Source: a virus
Lineage: Duplodnaviria > Heunggongvirae > Uroviricota > Caudoviricetes
IMG/VR virus record: IMGVR_UViG_3300028797_000103
Location: 87,685-151,684 of that record
Reading direction: 5' to 3' (one strand)
DNA: 64,000 nt
Shown here piece by piece: positions 40,166 through 48,682 of the stretch. The translations under genes and the position numbers were made by a program. The notes under the pieces are model-generated. The model had not been told where the DNA came from. It did no database searches and saw only the letters and a list, made by a program, of their open reading frames with translations. Position 1 is the first letter of the stretch, and every line of letters starts with the position of its first letter.

Positions 40166-40238
40166 GATCCTGTGAGACATTTGGTAGTCTGGCCGTCCCT
40201 AAAACGGTTTTATGCGGGTTCGATTCCTGTCAGGATCA
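40166..40238 (+). tRNA. putative amber-suppressor tRNA, anticodon CTA (C33 atypical)
   Basis: GATCCTG TG AGAC-ATTTGGTA-GTCT G GCCGT-CCCTAAA-ACGGT TTTAT GCGGG-TTCGATT-CCTGT CAGGATC A. Confidence 0.45.
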
Positions 40239-40245
40239 CAATAAA

Positions 40246-40318
40246 GGGAGTATGGTTGAATGGCTACAATGCAGGCTTGTCACGCCTCGTGGTACGGGTT
40301 CGAATCCCGTTATTCCCG
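40246..40318 (+). tRNA. tRNA-Asp(GTC) copy 1 (C27:C43 mismatch)
   Basis: GGGAGTA...CAGGC-TTGTCAC-GCCTC...TTCGAAT...TATTCCC G. Confidence 0.6.
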
Positions 40319-40323
40319 CAATT

Positions 40324-40397
40324 GGTGCAGTAGTTCAGCTGGTTAGAATGCCGGCCTGTCACGCCGGAGGTCGTGGGTTCGAGCCCCATCTGCACCG
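40324..40397 (+). tRNA. tRNA-Asp(GTC) copy 2
   Basis: GGTGCAG TA GTTC...CCGGC-CTGTCAC-GCCGG...TTCGAGC...CTGCACC G. Confidence 0.8.
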
Positions 40398-40677
40398 CGT
40401 TTATCTTTATATCGATTGACGAATACAGAACAGTCGTTGCGCCAAATGAAACGATCAAGAGGCAAAGTAGTATTAAGAACTCTACGAGTTGGTTTAACTC
40501 CAACATCGATATATAAGATATACAAAAGGCGTTGTTGACGAGAGAACGAAGTCCCTCAGGAGATGATATCAAATGCTGGTTAATTGTAAATTCACATTCG
40601 ATGTGAATACCTTAATGGTCAACGAAGGTTTGAATCCTTCCAACGCCTCAAATACCAATTTAAACCAAAATCAATTT

Positions 40678-41139
40678 ATGCGTAAGTTTATTACAATTAT
40701 TCTTGCTGCTGTCACAATGTTGTTTGCAGCATCTTGCACTTCGTGCAACAATGATGTCAAGTTTGGCATCGAGTATGATCTTGCTGTCAACGGCAGCACA
40801 GATGCAGCTGTTTCTGTAGAATTTGTAGGCGGACATTTCTCCGTCGACGGTGCAGCAAAGTTTGACTTTGACTGGACAAATGTTCTAAAGGACGCAAAGT
40901 TCGAATCTGCACAGGCTCTCGCTCTCGACGAAGCTCTTGTATCAAATGACGCAAAGGTCGCCGAAGCTGCTGCTCGCGTTAACGAATGGCTTGAAACTGA
41001 GGTTGCTGTGAAGGATTTCACTGGTCATTACGACATTTATATCAAGGGCTATGTGAAAGAAACTCTAACTGGACTGAAGTTCGAGATTGATCGTCGCATC
41101 ACAAATCTTCCAGAGACTACAGAGGATCAGGCTCAGTAA
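40678..41139 (+). CDS. putative lipoprotein
   Basis: MRKFITIILAAVTMLFAASC is a signal peptide with a lipobox Cys. The start was trimmed from the track ORF 40573. Confidence 0.45.
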   Translation: MRKFITIILAAVTMLFAASCTSCNNDVKFGIEYDLAVNGSTDAAVSVEFVGGHFSVDGAAKFDFDWTNVLKDAKFESAQALALDEALVSNDAKVAEAAARVNEWLETEVAVKDFTGHYDIYIKGYVKETLTGLKFEIDRRITNLPETTEDQAQ

Positions 41140-41254
41140 TTAAGCAAATTCCGGAACGTATGCCGGATCGTAGCTCATATTGACCTCTGGTTTCAAGTCA
41201 ATATCTCTTCAACGTATAAGAGTAACAAGTTAGACCTCTTGGTGAGTTGATAAA

Positions 41255-41326
41255 AGGTCACACGCCCGGTTCGTCTAAAGGTCAGGACACAAGATTTTCA
41301 TTCTTGTAATAGCAGTTCGATTCTGC
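41255..41326 (+). tRNA. tRNA-Glu(TTC)
   Basis: GCCCGGT TC GTCT...CAAGA-TTTTCAT-TCTTG...AGCAG-TTCGATT-CTGCT ACCGGGT A. Confidence 0.7.
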
Positions 41327-41420
41327 TACCGGGTACAACCTTTTTTGATGGAGAACGAGGTATGGTAATCCTCGCAGGGACGCCGTTGCCCCCTGAAGCT
41401 TTGAACCCCATTGAAGCCCA

Positions 41421-42347
41421 TTGTTTTTTGAAAAACAACTAAAATACAATATGAGTAATATCGATATGAAACTTCCGGCATTTAGGAAGCGCCCTCAACC
41501 GACAAAGAGTGAAATATTGAAAATGGATCTTTCTGAATACTTTCAGTTTATAATAGATCCAAAAGCTTTTTCAAGGGCAGTCTACGAAAATATGAAAGAA
41601 TATTACGGAGACTATTTGACTGAAGATGTTGTAAATAAATTCAAGTTGTCACCAAAGATTGACTACGTTCTTGAAAATCTTAACACACACGATTCCGATA
41701 CATTCTTAAGAAAGCTTAAGGAACATTTCCATCAATTTAGAATAATGGAATTCAGAACAACTGACAGAGAAAAAAGATATATAAAACTAACAATATATGA
41801 TTCTGAAGGTGAGAGCGCAGAACATTTTGCAAACAGTAAGCGATTTGTTGATTTCTGCAATTTCTTCGGATACACAATATCTAAAGTGCTTCAGGGAACA
41901 GAAAATTGTGCAGTGAAACTAGAACCTAGATTTGCAGAATCTGCAAACGATTTGGTGTATAATAAATGTTTTGGAAAAATATATCATATAACGTCAAAAT
42001 CCAATGCTGAAAAAATTCTGAAAAGCGGGTTAAGGGTGAGAAGCGGTAAGTATAGGGATTTTCCAAACAGAATATATTTTGTTGCGATACCACCAAAAAA
42101 GCAGAGTATTGAAACTAGAGAGGAGATTGTTGATGCTATAGATTTGTATATTCCATATGCTGAAGTATTAAGCGGATTTTGCATATTAAAAATTGATATT
42201 TATGGAACGAATTTAAACTTTTATATGGATTCAGTTTCAGAAGACGATGCAAAATATATGGATAAAGAGAACGTTGCGGTGTATACATACAACAACATTC
42301 CTCCGAAATTTATATCTGTTGCATACGACAGCACAGAAGACAAATAA
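41421..42347 (+). CDS. hypothetical protein
   Basis: 308-aa ORF. Confidence 0.45.
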   Translation: MFFEKQLKYNMSNIDMKLPAFRKRPQPTKSEILKMDLSEYFQFIIDPKAFSRAVYENMKEYYGDYLTEDVVNKFKLSPKIDYVLENLNTHDSDTFLRKLKEHFHQFRIMEFRTTDREKRYIKLTIYDSEGESAEHFANSKRFVDFCNFFGYTISKVLQGTENCAVKLEPRFAESANDLVYNKCFGKIYHITSKSNAEKILKSGLRVRSGKYRDFPNRIYFVAIPPKKQSIETREEIVDAIDLYIPYAEVLSGFCILKIDIYGTNLNFYMDSVSEDDAKYMDKENVAVYTYNNIPPKFISVAYDSTEDK

Positions 42348-42692
42348 ATCCCTAGTGTACCCAGAGCTAGCGTGGACGTGGCTAGGTCGGATGCGATCAT
42401 CAAGTCGCAGACGAAAGAAACCCCATTGATGTAATGGCAGCATACCTGACGCGAATTCAGGAAGTTCGAGTTCGAATCTCGATGGTTTGGGTTCAAAAAA
42501 AAAAACAACGGAACCTTGCTGGTGCGAAAACTTCCGAAAATTCGGCTCTAACCACCAGAAAAAACCGTGAGGACCAAGGGGCACCAACCAGGAAGGCTGC
42601 ATCTTAGTTGTACATACGATGTAGTTGACGTGCTGGGAGAAGTAGATCCATAGGAGCGGAGAAACGTTGTTTTTTAGAAATTTGCGGCGTGG

Positions 42693-42756
42693 AGCAGAGG
42701 TCAGCTTGCCGGTCTCATAAGCCGGAGGTCGTAGGTTCGAATCCTACCGCACGCAA
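42693..42756 (+). tRNA. tRNA-Met(CAT), initiator-like body
   Basis: The sequence TGCGGCG TG GAGC AGAGGTCA GCTT G CCGGT-CTCATAA-GCCGG AGGTC GTAGG-TTCGAAT-CCTAC is closely collinear with E. coli tRNA-fMet. The 3' acceptor strand CGC(A)CGCA carries a one-nucleotide bulge. Confidence 0.6.
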
Positions 42757-43204
42757 CAAGGAAATGTTTGGAAATCCAACGGGCATTTCAATAGAGCAAA
42801 CAGAACATGATAATGAGTCCTGCTGACGGATAAGGCAAGGTGAAGATATGGGTTCAATGAGGTCGAAACGGAGTATACACGGAGTAGGCAATATATAAAG
42901 CTCGAATATAAGATGGAGGCTTCTAGGGAAGTACCACGTGTAGGGGTGTTCGAATCACCACTCCATCTCCCCTTTCCCGTGATGGGCAATAGTAGCGGGA
43001 ATCTCTGCGGCGAGCCCCAACGTCCCGGCAGAGTCGGTCAGGTTCACACATAACGGCAAAAACGGAAGTTGTCCAACTATCGGCTTATGTTTCGATTAAA
43101 TAGTGGCAATGGATGCAGTCAATAAGACCGTTTATAGTTGTGATTAAAAAGGTAGTTGTAAGCCTGATACAGAGTACCGAAGCGTATCCTAAATCTCTGT
43201 AAAT

Positions 43205-43287
43205 GCGGCAGTGGCGGAATGGTAGACGCGCCAGCTTGAGGGGCTGGTGGGAGCAATCCCGTGGGAGTTCGAGTCTCCCCTGCCGCA
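43205..43287 (+). tRNA. tRNA-Leu(GAG)
   Basis: GCGGCAG TG GCGGAATGGTAGACGCG CCAGC-TTGAGGG-GCTGG with a long variable arm, then GGGAG-TTCGAGT-CTCCC CTGCCGC A. Confidence 0.8.
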
Positions 43288-43464
43288 CTAATTCACGACA
43301 GTATTTGCAGGTTCAAGTCCTGTTCTGAGGCGGATGACGACGAACTGGTATGTAGCTTAATGGTGTTAAATCCCGTGCCAGCCTTTGTTAGGGAGTTGCT
43401 GTTAAGTAAGGTCGGCTGTTGATAAATCTGCTGTCATAGCGCTGTGGCAGTACGTGAATGATAT

Positions 43465-43550
43465 AGGTCGGTCGCCTAGCGGTTGATGGCATCAGTCTCC
43501 AAAACTGACGAGGTTATTCCTCCACGTGGGTTCGAATCCTACCCGGCCTG
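43465..43550 (+). tRNA. type-II (long variable arm, Ser-like body) tRNA with anticodon CCA (Trp codon), discriminator G73
   Basis: AGGTCGG TC GCCTAGCGGTTGATGGC A TCAGT-CTCCAAA-ACTGA with variable stem GAGG/CCTC, then GTGGG-TTCGAAT-CCTAC CCGGCCT G. The anticodon stem has five perfect base pairs. Confidence 0.55.
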
Positions 43551-43700
43551 CTGTTTTTCTTAGACCGCATCCGAAATGTCGACGTCGGAATGAAATTTAA
43601 AAAACAAGAATTTTCCCTGAATGTCGGTTGTATCTGGGAACGTCGGTTCGGGACGTAATATCCAATAGTCGTGACGTATAAGCCGAACAACGACTAGTCT

Positions 43701-43774
43701 GGCCCCTTAGCTCAGTTGGACAGAGCAACAGTCTTCTAAACTGTGGGTCCCGCGTTCGAATCGCGGAGGGGTCA
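43701..43774 (+). tRNA. tRNA-Arg(TCT)
   Basis: GGCCCCT TA GCTC...ACAGT-CTTCTAA-ACTGT...CCGCG-TTCGAAT-CGCGG AGGGGTC A. Confidence 0.8.
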
Positions 43775-43976
43775 CAAATATGAGAGGATGGACAAATGGT
43801 AAAGTCGCCCCCGTTGGTGTGGGGAGGCGCCTAATAAACCTATTCATTAAGAGGATAAACGGTACGTCGCGAGTCCGCCGAATTCTGAATATTATGGTAA
43901 ATAAGCGCAGAGCTGTTTCACTGTCGCGATTTGAAACAGCCGATTGGAGGTTCGAGCCCTTCTCGCTCTCACACAT

Positions 43977-44106
43977 GGTGGTATAGTTTAATGGAGTATG
44001 GCTAGCCGATTAAAGAGCTTCGACAGTATGCAAGTTCCGTTTCCGTACCTTGAGAATGCCTTCCATGGGCAGGAAGGTGATCAACGTTCGATTCGTTGTA
44101 CCACCG
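43977..44106 (+). tRNA. ~130-nt tRNA-like element (matching acceptor ends GGTGGTA/TACCACC and canonical T-arm CAACG-TTCGATT-CGTTG); possibly intron/insert-containing tRNA
   Basis: The terminal acceptor pairing and T-arm are clear. The interior is too long for a standard cloverleaf. Confidence 0.3.
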
Positions 44107-44111
44107 CAAAT

Positions 44112-44183
44112 GCCCCTATAGTGTAATGGATCGCACGAGATGCTACGGACATCTTAGTAGGGGTTCGAATCCTCTTAGGGGTA
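44112..44183 (+). tRNA. tRNA-Arg(ACG)
   Basis: GCCCCTA TA GTGT-AATGGATC-GCAC G AGATG-CTACGGA-CATCT TAGT AGGGG-TTCGAAT-CCTCT TAGGGGT A. Confidence 0.75.
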
Positions 44184-44240
44184 CACAAAGATTCATCTTA
44201 TAAATCCATAGAATAAATAGCATATCAAAATTATGCTTAA

Positions 44241-45887
44241 ATGATGAATTCTGAAATCTTAATAGTGTCGTTGACATCATACCCGAAACGAATACATTGT
44301 GTATATGATGTTTTGATTTCATTGCTAAATCAGACCGTAGACAGGGCTTTATATCATGTTGTGCTTGTTTTATGCTCATCTGAATTTCCGAATGGAATCA
44401 AGGATGTTCCTGAAAATATAAAACATCTTGTCGATTCTGGCGATGTTGAGATAATATGGCATCCAACTAATATAAGGTCTCATAAAAAACTTATCCCTAC
44501 ATTGAAAAAATATCCAAACGATCCTATACTTGTTGTGGATGATGACTCTATAAGGGATCCGAAATGGATAGAAGTTTTCTTGAACGATCATAAAAAATAT
44601 CCAAATGACATCATAGGAGGAAATTTTGCTTGGTTCTTTGGAAGCGGACTTGAACTTTCTCGGTTATCATCAAGAAAGCGCAAATGCGGTTCTTATATGA
44701 ACGGAATAGCCGGAATGGTTTTAAACTTTGCTAAGCCAGCAAACGGAGACGGTGGGTGTTTATATCCAGCTGGAACATTTACAGATTCCAGATTCTTTGA
44801 TGAAAACTTATTCATGAAGCTTTCTCCAACGTCGGATGAATCGTGGCAGTTTTGTTTCAATATTATAGAGAACAGAACTTTTCGTCAGACCAGTGTAGTT
44901 TTTGATGCCAGTGAACGATTTATAGAAGGGACGCAGGAAATGCCAACGGCATTACACAGAGTAAACAACTACACAGATATAAACAAAAGATTGTTTTCGG
45001 AGTTTCCAGAATTCAAATCAAATCTACTGAAAAGACAAAGAAAAATAGTAGTGTCTTTGACAACATATGGAAACAGACTAAAAAGCGGAGCTGTTGACAA
45101 AACAATACAAAGCATATTGAATCAGAGTATAAAACCAAGTAAAATTGTTTTGAACATAGATTCAGGTGATGAGGTATATTTCTCTGATTGGCTCAAAGAT
45201 AAAATAAAACATGGTGTCGTTGAGTTAATATCAACGAAAGATGTATTCAAGCCTCACAAAAAATATTTTTATGTGATGCAGAAATACAGGGACTATGCGA
45301 TAATAACTTTTGATGACGATCAAGTCTATTCAAAGGATGCTATAAAGGAATTGTTTGAATCTTATTTAAAACATCCAGATTGCGTTTCAGCAAGACGAGT
45401 TCATCTGATGAAGAAAGGTATAAACGGAAAAATTTCTTCATATTCAAATTGGACGAAAGAATACACCGGAATGGTTGATGTTCCGTCTGATGCTTTGTTT
45501 GCTACAGGCGTTGGTGGTGTATTATATCCACCAGACATATTAGGTATAAACGATGACAATATAAAAGAAATCGAAAAATACTTAAACGTGGATGACATTT
45601 ATCTTAAAGTCCTCGAACAAAGAAAAGGAATAAAGGTGGTGAAATGTAAAACGGGGAATTTATATGAATCATCTATCGTTGATAAAGTTACGCAAATGAA
45701 TGCTTTGCAAAATAGAAATGTTAGAAACAATGAAAACGATCTTTATCTTGGAGAGTTGGTGGTTGATAACGTTTCTGACGTTTGTTCAAATGTATCATCT
45801 GTAATATCTAAGAGGTGCGCATCTTATTGGAGAACTAAAATTTCTGAGCCGGTTGGAACACGCACAGCAAAATTTACCAGAAGATGA
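44241..45887 (+). CDS. tandem-domain glycosyltransferase-like protein
   Basis: Two internal repeats each begin I(L/V)VSLT(S/T)Y(P/G)(K/N)R and carry a DDD/DXD-like motif (ILVVDDDS; ITFDDDQ). Confidence 0.4.
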   Translation: MMNSEILIVSLTSYPKRIHCVYDVLISLLNQTVDRALYHVVLVLCSSEFPNGIKDVPENIKHLVDSGDVEIIWHPTNIRSHKKLIPTLKKYPNDPILVVDDDSIRDPKWIEVFLNDHKKYPNDIIGGNFAWFFGSGLELSRLSSRKRKCGSYMNGIAGMVLNFAKPANGDGGCLYPAGTFTDSRFFDENLFMKLSPTSDESWQFCFNIIENRTFRQTSVVFDASERFIEGTQEMPTALHRVNNYTDINKRLFSEFPEFKSNLLKRQRKIVVSLTTYGNRLKSGAVDKTIQSILNQSIKPSKIVLNIDSGDEVYFSDWLKDKIKHGVVELISTKDVFKPHKKYFYVMQKYRDYAIITFDDDQVYSKDAIKELFESYLKHPDCVSARRVHLMKKGINGKISSYSNWTKEYTGMVDVPSDALFATGVGGVLYPPDILGINDDNIKEIEKYLNVDDIYLKVLEQRKGIKVVKCKTGNLYESSIVDKVTQMNALQNRNVRNNENDLYLGELVVDNVSDVCSNVSSVISKRCASYWRTKISEPVGTRTAKFTRR

Positions 45888-45909
45888 TTTCAAATAATTA
45901 AAAAATTCT

Positions 45910-45922
45910 GTATATTTGCAAA
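45910..45922 (+). promoter_or_regulatory. conserved promoter box gTATATTTGcaaa
   Basis: Located 8 nt upstream of tRNA-Ser. Confidence 0.55.
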
Positions 45923-45929
45923 ACATATT

Positions 45930-46017
45930 GGAGGGTTGGCAGAGTGGTCTATCGCGTCGGTCTTGAAAACCGAAGATCTTCACGGGTCCGGGGGTTCGAA
46001 TCCCTCACTCTCCGCCA
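45930..46017 (+). tRNA. tRNA-Ser(TGA) with genomically encoded 3' CCA
   Basis: GGAGGGT TG GCAGAGTGGTCTATCGC G TCGGT-CTTGAAA-ACCGA with a long variable arm, then GGGGG-TTCGAAT-CCCTC ACTCTCC G CCA. Confidence 0.75.
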
Positions 46018-46585
46018 TTAAATTTGAGCACGTGTCGATGACATCGCTGGGTGTACAGACGAGAAGGACAACTCTTAAGGTAACGGGTGTGTTAAACCAG
46101 CCCGCGAGTGCTCTTTTCAAATCAATCTAGAACTCCGAGGAAACTTCACAAGCATTAAGTTTGCCTCTGTGATGCCAAGTTCGAAATTGATGAGAAAAAT
46201 ACATCAACGTTATGGTGGTGGGATTGGAAGCGTCCATCCTTAATGAGTGACTGAGCACCGGATCTATTAACGCCTTTCGGAATCGTCACGTTGATGCAGA
46301 TGAGATAAAACTCTGCAAAGCTTATATCTGTGTGGATATATCGACAAAAACAAGGAATGCTTTGCGGTACGGAAAAACGAGGTGTCACATAAACCTTTCG
46401 TAAGAATCATCTGTTTTGCGCATCATCGACGTGAGCAAACGTGCAGAAAGAAACGCAACTTAGTCGGATAAATGCAATAAGAAACTTTATGTTCGAACTA
46501 ATAAGACTTCCTGAAGTGAAAAGCTAATTGTTTTATTAGTTGTATTTGTCTTTGGCGTAAAAGCACGCCGTACGTTAGATGTTTT

Positions 46586-46658
46586 GCGGGATTAGCTCAG
46601 TTGGCAGAGCGTCTGCTTGCCATGCAGAAGGTCGAGAGTTCGAATCTCTTATCCCGCT
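46586..46658 (+). tRNA. tRNA-Gly(GCC)
   Basis: GCGGGAT TA GCTC...TCTGC-TTGCCAT-GCAGA...TTCGAAT...ATCCCGC T. Confidence 0.8.
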
Positions 46659-46712
46659 CAAGTAAGGGTGCAACAGAGCTGGGACACTGGTTGTATCCCG
46701 AAAGTCCCCCAA

Positions 46713-46785
46713 GCGGAACTAGCTCAGTTGGTAGAGCGGCGGCTTCCCAAGCCGCAGGTCACGAGTTCGAACCTCGCGTTCCGCT
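46713..46785 (+). tRNA. tRNA-Gly(CCC)
   Basis: GCGGAAC TA GCTC...GCGGC-TTCCCAA-GCCGC...TTCGAAC...GTTCCGC T. Confidence 0.8.
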
Positions 46786-46862
46786 CAGATTTTTACGGAT
46801 TTATTTGTTTTATTGGAAAATTCTTCATACCTTTGCAAAAGAAACAAATAAATTATAAAGAT

Positions 46863-47255
46863 ATGAACGATTGGCATAACAAAATTATGAAATTGGACCT
46901 CACCAAATGGGTTGTTACGAAGTTTTATCACTACGCTTCGATTTGTCAAGACATTTTTGCGGAATATGATGAAGTTTGGAACAACAAACCTGTTGGTGAT
47001 CCATACATAAAAGAGTTGTATATTCATTTTTTGTCTATAGCAAATCTTTATTATAAAGAATACACCGGAAGGAAGTACAGCGACATTCGTGATAATAAGA
47101 CCACAATAGAAATCACGAATGTGGAAACTGGGGAAAAGCTTTACATCACTTCCAAAGATGGTAGATTCCTTATAGGAAGGAGTGTGTGGAGTGAGTTCGG
47201 AATTGTTACAAATTTTGGAGTTTGCCAATATGAGTCAAAGATAGATAAAAAATAA
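46863..47255 (+). CDS. hypothetical protein
   Basis: Track ORF 46617..47255 was trimmed to the first ATG after the two tRNA-Gly genes. Confidence 0.4.
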   Translation: MNDWHNKIMKLDLTKWVVTKFYHYASICQDIFAEYDEVWNNKPVGDPYIKELYIHFLSIANLYYKEYTGRKYSDIRDNKTTIEITNVETGEKLYITSKDGRFLIGRSVWSEFGIVTNFGVCQYESKIDKK

Positions 47256-47259
47256 AGAT

Positions 47260-47331
47260 GCGGGAGTAACTCAGTGGTAGAGCGTCAGCCTTCCAAGCTG
47301 AAAGTCGCGGGTTCGAATCCCGTCTCCCGCT
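47260..47331 (+). tRNA. tRNA-Gly(TCC)
   Basis: GCGGGAG TA ACTC...TCAGC-CTTCCAA-GCTGA...TTCGAAT...CTCCCGC T. Confidence 0.8.
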
Positions 47332-47341
47332 CCATTCACAA

Positions 47342-47459
47342 ACAGAAATGGTGAAATTGGTAACCACAGTGGACCAACCCAATATTCCTACTCATGGGGT
47401 AACCCACGGCGAAGCGCAGTAGGTTGTACGTAGCTTGTCGGTTCGAGTCCGGCTTTCTG
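47342..47459 (+). tRNA. ~118-nt tRNA-like element (acceptor ACAGAAA/TTTCTGT, T-arm GTCGG-TTCGAGT-CCGGC) with oversized interior
   Basis: The terminal helix and T-arm are canonical, with a ~40-nt excess between the D-arm region and T-arm. Confidence 0.3.
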
Positions 47460-47478
47460 TATGTGATATTGATTTAAT

Positions 47479-47931
47479 ATGAAAAGGATAGTTTCATTTA
47501 TTTTAATTGATATCGCTGCAATATTGTCTTTCGGTTGTATAAAAGCTGAAACAGACAACCAATGCTTTAAGGTTGGAAACTTTAATGAAGTGATAGAAAT
47601 AAAAGTAGACGATATCACATCAATAGAATATCTTGTTTCATTTAACTTTAATCAAAGATATGTGAAATATCAATGTTGTAAACAGGAAATAACTGTTATA
47701 CAAGAAAGTCCGAAAGAATTTGAAACAATAATTATCTATCCTGTGACAAGAAGAGTAAAAACCTTGCTCATAAATGAGATAACGTTTACAAGAAATTCAT
47801 TTTTATATAACTTAAAAGAGTGGGACAATCTAAGAAGCAACGGAGAAGATTATTTCTGCATATATAATAATAGGGATGCAGTTTGTTCATTTGAACTTCT
47901 TGATGAGATAATTGAACATTGTAACGAATAA
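47479..47931 (+). CDS. secreted hypothetical protein (signal peptide)
   Basis: MKRIVSFILIDIAAILSFGC. Confidence 0.4.
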   Translation: MKRIVSFILIDIAAILSFGCIKAETDNQCFKVGNFNEVIEIKVDDITSIEYLVSFNFNQRYVKYQCCKQEITVIQESPKEFETIIIYPVTRRVKTLLINEITFTRNSFLYNLKEWDNLRSNGEDYFCIYNNRDAVCSFELLDEIIEHCNE

Positions 47932-48084
47932 ACATAAATCGTGAGCACGTTGTGTGCAGAGAGGAGACGTCCCACCACAACGGTCACCGCGATGAAGATG
48001 CGGCTCAAGCTTTAGTCTAGACGATAGAGCCTCGGTCAAAGCCCGACGCAGCCTTGGGGAGAAGCGATAAAGCCTCCCTCGTAT

Positions 48085-48157
48085 GGGGGTATAGCTCAGT
48101 TGGTAGAGCATCTGATTTGCATTCAGAAGGTCGCCGGTTCGAACCCGACTACCTCCA
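48085..48157 (+). tRNA. tRNA-Ala(TGC)
   Basis: GGGGGTA TA GCTC...TCTGA-TTTGCAT-TCAGA...TTCGAAC...TACCTCC A. Confidence 0.75.
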
Positions 48158-48163
48158 CAATCC

Positions 48164-48237
48164 GCTCTCATCTTACTAATGGCTTAGGTGGCCAGCCTCT
48201 CACGCTGGAGATATGGGTTCGAGTCCCGTTGGGAGTA
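48164..48237 (+). tRNA. tRNA-Glu(CTC)-like, weak D-arm
   Basis: Acceptor GCTCTCA/TGGGAGT, anticodon arm CCAGC-CTCTCAC-GCTGG and T-arm ATGGG-TTCGAGT-CCCGT. Confidence 0.4.
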
Positions 48238-48247
48238 CAACCGAATT

Positions 48248-48328
48248 GCGGGTGTGGCGGAATGGTAGACGCGTCAGACTTAGGATCTGGTGTCGCAAGG
48301 CGTATGGGTTCGAGTCCCTTCACCCGCA
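48248..48328 (+). tRNA. tRNA-Leu(TAG)
   Basis: GCGGGTG TG GCGGAATGGTAGACGCG TCAGA-CTTAGGA-TCTGG with a long variable arm, then ATGGG-TTCGAGT-CCCTT CACCCGC A. Confidence 0.8.
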
Positions 48329-48523
48329 CGAATAAATATTATGAACACCGAGGGGAAAGAGATACTGCTTACACAGACTCACCGTAAGCACTCTGGAATT
48401 CGATTTATTCGTAGGTGTGGACGTCGGAAGGGTGAGCCCGCCGTTCTTAGGTTGTCCTGTGTCGCCAGGATCGCGTAGGTGTTTTTTATAAGGCGTATGA
48501 TCACTTTATAATTCACCGTCATC

Positions 48524-48594
48524 GCCCGATTAGTTCAACGGTAGAACAGGACCTTCGTAACGTTCAGATGTTGGTTCGATTCCGACATCGGGCT
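48524..48594 (+). tRNA. tRNA-Thr(CGT)
   Basis: GCCCGAT TA GTTC AACGGTA GAAC A GGACC-TTCGTAA-CGTTC AGAT GTTGG-TTCGATT-CCGAC ATCGGGC T. The anticodon stem has one mismatch. Confidence 0.55.
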
Positions 48595-48610
48595 CTTTAA
48601 GATTATAGAT

Positions 48611-48682
48611 TGCGCTGTAGCTCAGAGGCAGAGCAGGAGATTCATATCCTCCAGGTCGGCATTTCGAAATTGCCCAGCGCAA
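48611..48682 (+). tRNA. tRNA with CAT anticodon (elongator Met or Ile2/lysidine-type)
   Basis: TGCGCTG TA GCTC AGAGGCA GAGC A GGAGA-TTCATAT-CCTCC AGGTC GGCAT-TTCGAAA-TTGCC CAGCGCA A. Confidence 0.6.

Noticed and set aside
42901-42990. A possible tRNA, with acceptor GATGGAG/CTCCATC and T-arm GGGTG-TTCGAAT-CACCA.
   Set aside because: Only 24 nt separate the acceptor 5' strand from the T-arm, which leaves room for one hairpin only. It is likely a decayed tRNA remnant, so it is listed in findings as a relic and not annotated as a gene.
46617-46862. N-terminal 80 aa of track ORF 46617..47255.
   Set aside because: The stretch translates straight through tRNA-Gly(CCC) (46713-46785). The gene was trimmed to ATG 46863.
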